Assembly (NCBI GenBank): GCA_028534125.1
Contig: CM052818.1
Span: 11,844,001 to 11,908,000 of the forward strand
DNA: 64,000 nt
Source of the DNA: Lama glama
Taxonomy: Eukaryota
Direction of reading: 5' to 3'
A model generated the notes under the pieces. It ran no database searches, was not told the origin of the DNA, and was given only the letters and a program-made list of their open reading frames with translations. This document shows, piece after piece, positions 1 to 12,035 of the stretch; positions within the stretch are counted from its first letter, which is position 1, and every line of letters starts with the position of its first letter. The position numbers were made by a program, and so were the translations under genes.

Positions 1-772
1 CAGGTGAATAGTTGTTGAAGGGATCAGGCTGTCAACACTTGAGCCCACTGATCAATCTTAGCAGCACTAAAAGTGGAACTTAAGGCACTATGTACCTCTG
101 ATATGAAGCACACAGCACCACCTGCAAATTAGCCCTGCTATAAAATGCTGAACTTGAATCTAAACAAGCGTCTAGGGGTAACCTCTATGTTCAGGAAATA
201 CAAGGGAAAATGAAAAACTAAATGACACCACAAGAAAGCAAATAGACAAATCCAGACTGCAGGAGGTTCTTCAAATCAGTTGACCCAGTTTTTTAAAATA
301 TGTCAAAGGCAAAGAGGAGGAAAAGGAGGGAGCAGAAGATGGGGGAGGGGAAATGCTTTTGATCATGAGGCTTCAGGGACACATCAAGAAAATGTCATTG
401 CAGACCTTGTTTGGATCCTGATTCAAACAAAACAATTATAAAGGGACATTTTTGAGATAATTGGGGAAAATTTGATTATAGTACTGGGTATTAGATTATA
501 TTATGGAGTAATTGTTAATTTTGTTAGGTGTGATAATGACATTATAATTATAGAAGAAATGTCCATATTTATTTAGAAAAATGTACCGAAATGTGTAGCA
601 GTGAAATGACATGATGTTTGGGATTTATTTTGGAATAATTCAGCAGAGAAAAAGAAGAAGAAAAGAAGCGTATATGGCAAAACCTTGATAATTATTGAAT
701 TTAAGTGATGGAGATACAGAGTTCATTGTATTGTTACTTGCTCATATGTTTGAAAATTTTCATAATAAAATA
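1..772 (+). mobile_element. Ancient LINE-1 3' UTR (L1ME3-like), running off the window start
   Basis: Typical L1ME 3' UTR text (gaccttgtttggatcctgattcaaacaaa...gacatttttgagataattggggaaa...gtttgaaaattttcataataaaa) ending in AATAAA. Confidence 0.8.
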
Positions 773-1234
773 ATTTGGGTTTAAGATATTAGGACATGAT
801 TCTTCAGAGAAATTCCAGTTGGGTGGCAGGGGAGAAGCGAGATTGACTTATGTGTAAGAAGCAAATTGGCAATGAAGCCAGGAGGCAATATGTTTAGATT
901 CATCTGCACACAGAGCAGTTAAAGAGAAGTAGAAATGGCAGAACAAGTTGTGAGAAGATGGTGTGTGCACATATTGTGCGTGAGTTTGTGTATGTACCTG
1001 TGTGTGTATGTTTCTGTTTGTATGTTTTAGGTTTACAAAGAACCAAGCATCAACTATTTTGACAGGTTAAAAAAAAAAACAACCTAGTAAAAATATACCC
1101 ATTATTTTTTAGCATTTAAAGTTCTTGAGGTATTGGTTTATCCAACAGTCTTATCATTTTCTCTCATGTTCACAGAAATCACATGAGAATAATTGATTTA
1201 GCTTAAAGGTGGTAATGCTTATATTAGACCAAAT

Positions 1235-1470
1235 TCAGGTCAAACACACCTCCTCCAAATCCACTTCTCCTCCTACCCTTCCATGTCTACGCCAGTGCCC
1301 TCTTGGCTCTCTGCCCCCAGCTCACTCCTGCTGTCACCTAATAGGTGCTTTTATCCTGTCATTTACCCACAAACATCTTCAATGACTCCCACTGCCTTTG
1401 GAAGAGTAGGCAAATCCTTGAGCCTTCATTTTTAAAACTCTCCAATGCCTAACGCCAATTTTCTGTTTTT
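1235..1470 (+). mobile_element. Degraded L2 LINE fragment
   Basis: Pyrimidine-rich L2-like text (aaacatcttcaatgactcccactgcc...caaatccttgagcc); heavily diverged. Confidence 0.45.
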
Positions 1471-1570
1471 AAAAAATTTTTACTGTATTTAATTTCTTAA
1501 AATCTTCTAGTGAACCCTCTGCTGTAGTCAAGTTATTCTGCTCATGCTTAACCTGACACGCCTTCATAAT

Positions 1571-2137
1571 GTTTCTTTAAAGTTATAAAATATAACATTG
1601 CATACAGATATCTATCTGTTGGTAATACTGTTACCAATCTAATTAGGCATCTTGTCTAAAGAATCAAAGTATTTTGAAGATATGAAATCAGTGGTTCTCA
1701 GCCCATCATCAATAGTGCTCCTGTTGGGAAACTTTGTATTAAAGTGGTACAAATCAACCCAAATATCTAGGTATTTGGAAGGAAAGGGATCTTTTAAGAA
1801 CAATTTCTTGCCAAATTCTTCTACAGAATATTCAGTCCCAGACAGGCTATTCTAGGTCTGCCAAAATGAATTTAAAACTCACCTGCAAGCCCCCTCTGGA
1901 ATTTTGAGTAAGAGAATTATCCGCAGCCATCTTTATGTGTTCAAAGACTGCACAAGGGACTTTCTTTCAGGAAAAATTTACCCAAACCATGAGAATAAGC
2001 TGGTAAAATATTGGTTGCAGTATATCTCATATGAGGAGTATTTTGGATCGAGAGGGGCTGAAAAAAAAATACAGAGAAAGAAAATTATCCTGCCCCTCAT
2101 GGTGATTCTATTAATGAAATCTTATTTAAGATCTCAG
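1571..2137 (+). repeat. Dispersed duplication, copy 1 (paralog at 12036-12602)
   Basis: Direct alignment by eye at offset 10,465: about 27 substitutions and two 1-bp indels in A-runs over ~567 bp. The near-identical ORF pairs 1652/12117 and 1904/12369 confirm it. Confidence 0.97.
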
Positions 2138-2142
2138 AAATT

Positions 2143-2352
2143 GATCTAGTTTCATTCTTTTGCATGTGAATATCTGGTTGTCCTACCATCATTTATTGAA
2201 AAGATTATTTTTTTCTCATTGAATTTTCTTGGAACTATTGTTAAACATCAGCCGAGCATAAATTTGTGGGTTTATTCTGGATTCTCAACTCAACTCCATT
2301 TACCTGTATGTTTATCCTTATGCCAATGTCTCTATATCTTGATTACTGTAGC
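2143..2352 (-). mobile_element. Old L1 ORF2 internal fragment abutting duplication copy 1
   Basis: gatctagtttcattcttttgcatgtgaatatc...catttattgaaaaga...cttgattactgtagc; homologous to the L1 segment at ~24353-24560. Confidence 0.85.
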
Positions 2353-2379
2353 ATCACCCAACAAAAAGCAATATATACT

Positions 2380-2770
2380 TGAAAATGATCACTCCCTCAG
2401 TGTTGTGTGAAATGGCTTGAGGAGGGATAAGAGTGGAAACAAGGAGAATGTTTAGGAGGTGGTTACACTAGTCCCTGTGGAGAAGTCATGGTGACGTGCT
2501 TGATATTATTGCAGTGGGATAAAAGTGGAGAGATGTATTTTGAAGGTAGATCTTGAAGAACAGCATGTTGGGAATGAGAGAGAAAGAGATAATAGAAATA
2601 ACTCCTGAATGCTTTGCCTAATCAAGTTGGTGCTTGGTAGAACCTTTACAGAAGTAAGAAAGATCAGAAAAACATCACATTTCTGAAGGGCAGTCTAGAA
2701 TCTGGTTTTTAAATTATACTTACAAAATGTCTTTGAGGTAGTCAACTAGAGATGCCAATTATAGCCCTGG
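2380..2770 (-). mobile_element. L2 fragment (appears to resume at ~3610-4030)
   Basis: Purine-rich L2 antisense text (gatcactccc...ggataagagtggaaacaaggaga...tttgaaggtaga). Confidence 0.65.
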
Positions 2771-2799
2771 TTATAGAATTATTTCTGTTCTTAAATTAG

Positions 2800-3605
2800 A
2801 CAAGCTCAGGGTTGTTGTACCTAGAAAACTCTTGCCCTAAACCTTAGTTTGTTCCTTCTTATGATTCATATCTAAGGCTCAGATGTTCACCTAACTGAGC
2901 CCTGCTCCCATTCCCTTCAAACCCCTGACCCCATCCTGGTTGTACTCTGTGACTTTGCTTTGCTGCTTTTGTAGCATTTAGGACCATCAGAAATTCTTGC
3001 TTTCTCTATCTTTTAAAAAAAAAAAACTAGTTTAATGTTTGAGTTCCTCAACTAGAATGTAAGTTTTATAAGAAAGGGTTCTTTATCGGCTTTGTTCACT
3101 GCTGTATCCATGGCGTGGTTACTGGTGCTGCTGCTATCAACTACATTGCTTCCCTCCCAAGTTATAGGTATGTTGAAACCCTAACTCCCGGTGTGATGGT
3201 ACTTGGAGATGGGGCTTTCAGGAGGTAATCAGGTTTAGGTGCCGTCATGAGGGTGGGGCCCTCATGGTAAGATTAGTGCCTTAATGCCTTATAAGAAGAT
3301 ACATCAGAGAATTTTCTGTCTCTTAATCTCTTTTCCCCCACCCATGGAAGGACATAACGAGAAGGTTGTCATCTACAACCAGAAATAGAGCCCTCATCAG
3401 GGAAGCAAATCAACCAACCCCTCAGTCTTGGACTTCCCAGCCTCCAGAACTGAGATACAAGTTCCTGTTATTTAAACCACAGAGTATGTGGTAGGTTTTT
3501 TTTATGGAAGTACAAACTGACTAATACACCTGGAATAATGAAAATGCATTAAAAGTATGTATGTGTGTGTGTATATATATATAATGAATATATCTAATGA
3601 ATGAA
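2800..3605 (+). mobile_element. L2a-like 3' end, interrupted by an MLT1 LTR at 3132-3528
   Basis: actagaatgtaagttttataagaaaggg...tttgttcactgctgtatcc, with a (TGAA)-like tail at ~3585-3605. Confidence 0.65.
3132..3528 (+). mobile_element. MaLR solo LTR, MLT1A-type
   Basis: TG...CA ends (tgctat...actgactaataca) and MLT1A core tatgttgaaaccctaac...tcatgagggtggggccctcatg...ttggacttcccagcctccagaactg. Confidence 0.9.
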
Positions 3606-3609
3606 TTCC

Positions 3610-4030
3610 AGAGCTCAGAAGATTGAAAGTTGGTGTGGGAAAGAAATATAATTTGGTGAGTTTTCAACATTTAGATAGTATTTAAACCTAAAATGATAGA
3701 TGATTTTGGGGGGGAGGTTGTACCGTGAATGTGGTTTGGCAGCTTTAGTTTCCCTCACAGGACGTCTTAGAGAGTAACCCTGCACCCATCAGCTGACAGT
3801 GTCTTAGATTCTATGAGATTAGGCCACTTCAAGGACCTCCATTCCCCGTTTTCCCCACACCCTGGATCATTCACCTGATCAACCAAAGAGATAGAAAGGG
3901 TCCAAGACAAATCCCTAAAGAAGGCCATGAAGGAATAGCTACAGGGAAGGAGAAAAATCAGCCAGGACTACAATTTATTTCAAGAGAGAAGAGTATCAGT
4001 TATGCCAAATGTTATTGAGAAGGCAAGTAA
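3610..4030 (-). mobile_element. L2 fragment with an unassigned ~160-bp insert at ~3720-3880
   Basis: tttagatagtatttaaac...agggtccaagacaaatccct...tcagttatgccaaatgttattgagaaggcaagtaa. Confidence 0.55.
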
Positions 4031-5544
4031 ATTACTGTCAGCTGGATCACTAATTTATTAGAGATTTACTTAATGCTTACTATACAGAAAGCTGGACCTA
4101 GTGGATGGGGAACATGCACAAAATATAACTACCGTGTGTGGTGGTTTATGACCTAAGTCATAGCAGTAGGAGTGAACTCCAAGAATACATTAGATCCTGG
4201 GATGAGAAGTAGAAAGGACATTCATTCATATATTCATTCATACAACAAACTGTTTTTGAGTACTATTGCAGGAAAAAGAAACCATATTAATATAGATAAA
4301 TAATCTTAGAATAGTCCAGGCTTTTTCACTAGAATGGAGGAGAACATATTGCTTCCAGAATTTTTGATTTCCAAGTACTGTGATTCCCTTTAACTTGTCT
4401 CTGCATGAAACAATGTATTTTCCTGAGAATAAGGAAAGAAAATGATGCATTGACATTGGAGAACCCATTAATGTAGTACCTTTGCAGAAAAACTCAAAGA
4501 GGACTAAATTGAATGAGGTATTTTTGGAGTACCTAATGTGTATCTAGTGTTAAACTTATAGTGATATGAAAGAAGCCACAGTAACTATTATTACAAGTTT
4601 ACAAATAGAATATAATCAAGTGCTAAACAATGGCATATGGACCATAGAACAGTGAGCATGGATTCATTTAAACTCAAAATATATTTTCCTAAAATTGAAT
4701 TGGGAGATAGTCCAATGATACACATTCTGAATCATTAGAGCCTTCCACCTCACCTTACTTAGCCTCTACTAAAGACACAGTGATTTTTGTTCACTATGTG
4801 GGAAGAGAAAGATATGCCATAACTTTTCACTAGGTTGAAAAAAAAAAAACAACTTCTATCTTGGAAAAGATAGAATAGAATATCTGAGGCTGGAAGAGTT
4901 TTAACATTTACATTGAAAATGACCCCATTTTCCTCCAAGGGCAAAATCTGGCTATAAAAGACCTCTTCCCTGAGCTCTGCCCAGGCCACAAGTGTGGGAC
5001 TATCAGCTGTAATGAGGGCTGCGCGGCTAAGTCCCTATGCGCTGTATGGAATACTTATCCTGACCAAGTGCCTGTAGATATAACGAATGTTACAGCCACA
5101 TTAGAATTATGGGCTGTAAAAAATATTGCGGTATCAATTATTTGTCAAGAAATAAAAGATGCATTGTAATTTGCCAAGAAACAACTGTCTAATGTGTTTC
5201 CTTTTTTTAAAAAAAAAAGAAAAAGTGCTTGCTTGCAAAATATTTGGAAAGTAAATTATCTATTACTATTGCTTGCTTGCTAATTGTCAGTAATAATCCC
5301 TTTCAATTACTATGGTGAAGTAGGTCAGCCAATTTTTAGTGCTTATGAAACTCGCAATTTAGAGCCAGGCAGCGTATTAGCCGGTTAGGTTGTAATATGA
5401 GCAAATAGGCTTTCTTTCAGTGCTCTTCACCCTAAACATGGATGTAGACCAGCTGTAAAATCTAAAAGCAGTTACACTTAGTCTTATTTATATTATTTTT
5501 GTAACCATCTGTAATGACGAGAATACATTCTTAGCCATTTTAAT

Positions 5545-5645
5545 TTTATTTTTTAATTCACGGATTTTATTTTTTAGAGCAATTTTAGGTTTGGAGAAAA
5601 ATTAAGCAGATATAGAGACAGTTCCCATATACCCCACTCCACCAT
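5545..5645 (-). mobile_element. Short L1MC/L1MD-like 3' end fragment
   Basis: ttttttagagcaattttaggtttggagaaaaattaagcaga...agttcccatatacccc. Confidence 0.7.
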
Positions 5646-5879
5646 TCATCATCCATTTTCATTTACCCCAACTTTTCTTTGAGTATTTAATATTCTTAGG
5701 CAGCTTAGAATTCTGAGGCTATCTTTATACAGTTTTAGTAATGTGACCACCTTCCTACCATAGTTACCTGCTAAATTCCCTTGATGTTTCCGGTATCTTG
5801 TCCAACCATATTTCTTAGACAGTTCAGCACTCACAGGCATTGAAGAGCTTTAGATTGGCCATTTGATGAGCAAAACTTG

Positions 5880-6180
5880 CAGCAGTGATGGAGTGTGGAG
5901 GATTGTTGGATCAGGGAGAGTCTGGGGGAAGGAAGGTCACAGTCCAGGCAGAACCGATGAGGGGCTAAATGCTCTTAAAGCCTTTACCAGGGATGGAAAG
6001 GAAGAGACAGATTTGAGAGAGCTTGGGAAAAATTCAGTGTGACCTAGCAATGAGTTAGATGTGTGTGTCAAAGGAAGAGTGGAGACAAGTCCCAAGTTTC
6101 TGGCCTGGGCTACGGGTGTGGCCGTTAACAGAGATGGGGAAATTGGAGAAGAGGACCGATTTGGGGAGGTGGGCAATACT
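5880..6180 (-). mobile_element. L2 fragment
   Basis: gatttgagaga...tgagttagatgtg...cccaagtttctggcctggg...aacagagatggggaa. Explains the spurious ORFs at 5937-6263 and 6061-6405. Confidence 0.7.
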
Positions 6181-6399
6181 AACTCGCCATACTTAAGGGG
6201 AACTGCAAGTGAAGATGCCTGCTTTGCAGCTGAAATAGGGAAAGCTCTCAGGACTAGTTTCAAGCTGTGTAATTGTCAGTGGAGCGTGAACAACAGAGGC
6301 CTGAATGGGTATGGGACAGGCCAGGGACGCTGCGGCACCTTAGAAAGAAAAGATCCACTTGTAATCCACCAAATCCATGGCTCTTGCTGGCATTCGGAG

Positions 6400-6600
6400 G
6401 CATAGGCATGAGAATTTGGCATTCTCATTCCTACCACGGCTTTCCCACCAGCTGAGTGACCTGAGGCAAGTCATTTCCTATTTCTGTGTCTGTCTCTCTG
6501 TCACTTACTGAAAAGAGATAATGAAGTTTGTCTAATTTACTTCGTGGGTCAGTGTAAGCTCTGATAAATCAATACATGTGAAGATGTCCTCAGACGTTAA
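6400..6600 (+). mobile_element. MIR SINE
   Basis: MIR core accagctgagtgacctgaggcaagtcattt...aaatcaatacatgtgaag. Confidence 0.65.
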
Positions 6601-6775
6601 GTATAAGACATTATCCATCTCCGGAGGCTGGAAGCGCTTTGGACATTCTGACAGGGAAGGAGGAGGAGAAGCGAGGAGGATAGGAGGGCAGACCTAGAAG
6701 AGTGAGGACTTATTTAATTGGAGTGGTTGACAGCCAGCGGCTTCTTTAGTTTTAACCCTTTATTCTGTCAAAGAC

Positions 6776-7197
6776 TGTTACAGGTTGGATTGTGTCTCTC
6801 TCAAAAAAAGATACATGAAGTCCTAACCCCAAGTACCTCGGAAGGTGACCTCATTGAGAAACAGAGTGGTTGCAGGCGTAATTAATTAAGCTGAGATCAT
6901 TCTGGAGAAAGGCAGGCCCTGAATCTAAGATGACTGGTGTCCTTATAAGAAGACAGGCTGGTGAGGACGGAGTCATGGGAAAAATGCCGTGGGGAGACAC
7001 CAGCAGAGGCGAAGCGTATGCAGCCGCAAGCCAAGGAGTGGCAGACAGTGGACCTGCCACCAGACGCCAGCGGGAGGCGAGGAAGGATCCCCCCTGCAGG
7101 GTCTCAGAGGAGGCGTGGCCCTGCCCAGAGCTTGATTCAAGCTCTGGCTTCCTCTAGTCTGCGGCACTTTGTCACAGTGGCCCTAGGACACTAATCC
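6776..7197 (+). mobile_element. MaLR solo LTR, MLT1C-type, with a small 3' deletion
   Basis: tgttacaggttggattgtgtc...gaagtcctaacccc...atgactggtgtccttataagaaga...caagccaagga...ctttgtcacagtggccctaggacactaat. Confidence 0.9.
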
Positions 7198-7899
7198 TGA
7201 ATTAATTACTTCCTGTTTAGAAAAGTTTTAATAGACCCCATGGTTTCTGTTCCCAGGCAGAAGAATCAAACAGAGTAGCGGGGTAAGTTATATTCAGGGG
7301 GGAAAAGTGATTTTTTTTTCTCAGTTGCAAGGAGGGCTTGCCTATGCAAGTAAGCGCAGTCACTCTTTCCAGTACAAGAAGTCATTTAGTCCAGGCAATA
7401 AAGCACAAAGCAGGCTGATTGAACAGTCTGATCAACCTCAAGCTGATAGATTATCATCGATTAAACAAGTGACCCAGATATCTTTCCGTAATCCAGAGAT
7501 GTGAGTTGAATTTGTCCTGGGTGTCATTTCTGCTGATAGAAGCCTTGGAATTGCATTGAATAACCATTAGGTAGCCTGCTTCTTACCACTGTTGAAACGG
7601 GACAGAAAGGACACCACTAATTCACGTCAAGTGTGCTGAAGAGTGCTGGCCAAGGAATTAAGAAACACAAGTTTCAGCCCTGACTCTGCCACTTTTGTAG
7701 GCTTTTAGGTAAACACTTGAGTAGACATCTGTAGTTTTTGTCAATTCAGCATTTTTTCCTTCAAAGATTGCCTCCACCTCCCCTGTGCTGACACCAACTG
7801 GCCTCACATATCTCAGGGCTAGGCAGGTGGCCCTTACAATTTCTTGTCTCTCGCTCAGCCAGTCTAAATGGTTTGCAAATGTTATATGGATAACGAGGT

Positions 7900-8185
7900 A
7901 GAATCTTTGGCTTCTGTGTCGTGAACACTCAAGGTCAGTGCTTCTAGTGGCTGTCTTCCTGCCATGTGGAGCAAGCCTGCTGGAGGTTGAAACTACTACA
8001 GAGGAAAGCAGGGCCATGGGATGGAGAAAGATGAAGACACCAAACATCCTTTGAACCAATAACTTCAGCTTGCCTTGAAGTCATACCATCCACTTGGGTT
8101 TTCCAGTTGTAAAAACCAATGAATCACCCCCCCTCTCCCTTTTTCCCCTTGCCTAGTTTAAGATGGATTTTAGTATTACTTAACC
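7900..8185 (+). mobile_element. Old MaLR LTR (MLT1J/K-like), 3' half
   Basis: cctgccatgtggagcaagcctg...acagaggaaagcagggcc...ttttccagttgtaaaaaccaatgaatc. Confidence 0.65.
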
Positions 8186-8234
8186 TCTCTGGCTTTCAGC
8201 TTTCTCATCTATAAATTAAGGAGATTACCGTTGA

Positions 8235-8445
8235 ACTTCTGCCATCACCGTGAGAAGAACATGCCCTGGTTGACCTCTCTGGTATTTGAAGGACCAGAGA
8301 CATATGAAACAGGGTCACCCTAACTCACCCACAGACCCATGGCCTCGAGCAGAGCTACCGGCCAAGCCCAGTCTAGATCAGTCAAATCCCAGCCAACCTA
8401 CCAATGCATAGGTGAAAATAAAGAGATAGGATTTTTTAATGCAAT
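8235..8445 (+). mobile_element. Old MaLR LTR fragment (MLT1I-like)
   Basis: ttctgccatcaccgtgagaagaacatgccc...aagcccagtctagatcagtcaaatcccagccaacc. Confidence 0.7.
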
Positions 8446-8684
8446 AATAATAAATTAAGAGGTTGAGATAGTTAAATTCACATACACTCATGTCTAAAAA
8501 CGGAACATTAATAGGTAATTACTTTCCCATCCTCTCTCCACAAACTCAACTTCCTTGTTAGCCTCTCTGGCCTTAAGTCTAAAATTGTTACCATTTTTAT
8601 TTTCAAATTTCTCTCCTCTAGGAAAAACAAAAGCTGCATCTATTAGGCACCAATGGAAATGGGTGAAAATGTCAGGGTGAGCCC

Positions 8685-8870
8685 TTGAATTTTAGAGCTA
8701 GAATGTAACTCAGAGATCATCTAGTTCAATCTCCTCCTTTTACAGATGAGAATCCTGAGATCCAGAGAGCTTGCACGACCTATCAGAGATCTTTCAGCTA
8801 GTGAATGTTAGATGGGACTAGATCCCCACGCTTTTTTAACGTGTATTTCATCACTCCTGTTATGACACAT
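8685..8870 (-). mobile_element. MIR/MIR3 SINE
   Basis: agagatcatctagttcaatctcctccttttacagatgagaatcctgagatccagagag. Confidence 0.8.
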
Positions 8871-10379
8871 CTTTCCCAATGTTTACCAAGTTTGGAAGGA
8901 TTTAAAGCAAATACTCCCTTCTGACCTCACTGACTGTAATTTTTCTAAGTATATTTGGGGCTTTTGAAAGCTGTGAGCTTGAATACCAAAGCTTCTTCTT
9001 GTCCAAAAAACGAAGAACAAATAGAGGTAGCCGGTAAGCCCGATGCTTTGTTATTAGCCTATGTTATGTTGCATCAATTTCCTGTTTCAGAGGAGTACAA
9101 TGCTTCTGCCATTCAAAAAAAAAAGGGGGGGAGAGAGAGATTTAAGTCACCACTCCATCTCTGTCTTTTATGACAGCAATTTTTTAAAGGCTGAGCAGCG
9201 TTCCCCCAACACCTGTTTCTTTTAAGCTGAAGGGACCCAGCTGCACTCAGCAGGGAAATCACAGAGACAACCAGAGATCTTGTCAATTTACATCCAAGCT
9301 TGGCTAGAGAAAAGTGGGTAGCTGATCTGAGGAGATAAGGGAATAAGTCCATTTACCTGAAGGTGAGCATGGCCTAGCCGAAGAGACCAGAGATAATGAG
9401 GAAGGCTGCCTTTGGTTTGGTGGGGAAACCCATGATTCTGTAACATCAATCAAGACGGTTTTATCTGATTGCTAAGTTTCGAGAAAACCAGTGAGCATTT
9501 AAAATAACTATACAGGGAGAGGAAAAAAGGAGATGGGGAAGGTACAATCGTTTGCTGTTACGTAAAGCTGGAAACTAAAGCCCTAAATGGTGTGGGATTA
9601 ATAGGAAATTTAAGTGTTTCACAATGAAGGAGTGAATTTAGGTTAATTTTATAAGAACAAAGGGTCTTGTAGATTTTCAGGCTTCACCTGCAAGAGATTT
9701 TGACGTGGGTTCAACGCACATAGAAGAGAAACAGTGTCTTGACATGTAAAGGCTGGGATAACAAAGTGAACTTCTTTAAAACTGAATGTGCTTAAAAAGT
9801 CTCATTGAGAGTAATCACATCATACGTGCTTCTAGATGTTCAGTACACGTGGGTTAAAATCATTTGCTTTATAGTCATTCTCTTACATCATTTTACCTCC
9901 TCGTTTACCTGGAGACTGCTGTAGGCAGCTCATTCTCGTACCGTAGGCAGCAACCAGGGGCATAATCTGAGGATGTTGATAGAACCTCTTCGTCCCTTCC
10001 CCAAATACACACCCACAAACACACACTAGTATACATGCTTTGTGCAAAAAGTCCATATTGACTTGGCTTTGATGACTCATGAAGGGGCAGGAAATAATCT
10101 GCCTGATTAACTCATTATTGTTGCCTACCAGGGAACAATTCAGTTTTGGAGACTGTGGGAAAAATTGGAAACACAAAGTCTGTTAGGATCGTGGTGCAGG
10201 TATCAAGATGCTTGGAATTGGTGGGGAGGTTCACAAAGAAAGGAGAGAAGTGCTGATTGTCAGATTACACGAGCAACAAAAAGGAACCACCTCCTCAATT
10301 AATTTCACTTAAATATTATAAAAATACCAATTATGTGGAAGGGATTGCCACAGTATTAATCATCTCTATATTTAAGGTC

Positions 10380-10760
10380 CTTACTCTATGATTAAGAATA
10401 TAAAACATACACATCTAGAACATTAAAACACACAAACAGTAAATGGCAGTGACTAATGACTGGTCTGGGCCCTAAAGACCATAAATGTTTGGAGATTAAT
10501 GATACTGCTTCAAGGTGGGTGTGGAGACTGGAGTTCAAATAAGGCTTTAGCACAAGAGGAGTCTTGAGCCAGAGCTTCAGGATGGTAGGATGCCGGGAGA
10601 GAGGGATAGGAAGACGTTCTCCGTGAGCGAGGAGATGAGAGCAAAGTGCGGAGGTGAGGAAAGGCTGGAAGCTTGTGCAGAAGGGAGGTGAGACCACCCC
10701 GACACCGGGAGGAAGAGTCTTGAAATGTTCTATATGACAAAGAGGCTGGGATGATCCACT
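10380..10760 (-). mobile_element. L2 fragment
   Basis: aaggctttagcacaagaggagtcttgagccagagcttcaggatgg...gagcaaagtgcggaggtgaggaaag. Confidence 0.6.
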
Positions 10761-11333
10761 GTGGGCCTTTTTCTGTGTTGAGTATGGGGAGTCTATTTTA
10801 AAAGAAAACCATCTGATTCATTTTAGTCGGGTTGATTGGCTTCTAATTCCCTAGACAAGGCCCCTCTCCGCAGAAGGACGTTCATAAAATGTCTACAGTC
10901 TGAGCAGCCTCCCAGCAGTTGCCGGCATCTAGAGAACCACTGCCCAGATACCCATGTGGACACTGGAGGGAGCCCAGGGTCAGACGTGGAGTTTGGAGGA
11001 TATGCAGCCCCAGCCAGCAATACCATTTTATTTTACTTCTCGTAACCTGATCTTTAAAAAAAAGAAAAAAAAGAAAAAATCTCCTTGTCACAACCATTCC
11101 TATTTCTAAATACAGAGCAAAAACTTGCCTATGCCTTTCTGCATCACCCATCACTGGGTACTTTTCCTCCCATTTTGCATCAGCAGGAGGACCTTCCTGC
11201 TCACTCTTGTCTGTTCTTGCCTGTTTTGTAAAGTGATTGAGGAAGCAGTGGACGTATTCGAGATCCTTCAGAGGACTGCTTTCTTTAGGGGGCCGAATTC
11301 TGTAAGCACTTCCTATGTGGCCATCTACTTGGG

Positions 11334-11375
11334 GTTTTTTTGTGTTTTTGTTTTTGTTTTTGTTTTTGTTTTTTT
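11334..11375. repeat. (GTTTTT)n simple repeat
   Basis: gtttttgtttttgtttttgtttttgttttttt read directly. Confidence 0.95.
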
Positions 11376-12035
11376 ACATTTTCATTCCCTATTGAATCTT
11401 ACCAGGGAACAATAAAGTTCTACCCCTCGTCCCTTAGCTTCCAATCTCCCACCCACCCTCTCACAGTCACAAAAGGAACACAGCTCTTTTTCTTCCCTTC
11501 TGGCCACTGCCTTGGGCTAAATTTTACAGAATTTATATAATTGTGAGGAATATGAACATGTTCTAAAACTGACACTTCTCTTGAAAATATGAAGCTGACC
11601 AGAAATTCTCACAGTGAATGATTCGGGAAGGGATGGTGGCATCTTAAACAAATAATCTGCTAAATTAATAAACCTCATAAATTACAAAATCCCTGAATAC
11701 CAACTGCTGAAATACAATCACTCTCTGACCTGAACCTATTAAATGAAGAAGTCTGCTGTGCATAATTTACAACAGTGCTATGAATGAAAAATAGCTCCTT
11801 AAAAGGGAGATAAAATACAAAAATGGTCTTGTTGTAGAAACAGAATTACTGGTTATTTCAGTTCTTATTTATTCTAATATTGGTTTATGGGTCATCCAAT
11901 CATTTTTATCTTTATCATTGTTTTGCTCTCAATTGCTCAATAATCCACAATCCAGACATCACATTTTGTTGGTTGGATGGCAGGAGCAACGTTAAAAAAG
12001 GCAGTATTCATCATGTTAAATTGTACATATGCGTA

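Noticed and set aside
1652..2149. Paired similar ORFs (67 aa and 81/82 aa) repeated at 12117-12617, resembling a duplicated two-gene cassette
   Set aside because: They start at TTG, show no known motif, differ mostly by non-synonymous changes and carry indels. They are by-products of a non-coding duplication.
6851..7194. Four overlapping ORFs in a GC-rich patch
   Set aside because: All lie within the MLT1C LTR; stop codons are simply rare in GC-rich sequence.
7658..8059. 133-aa minus-strand ORF
   Set aside because: Largely antisense to an old MaLR LTR, with no protein similarity that I recognise.
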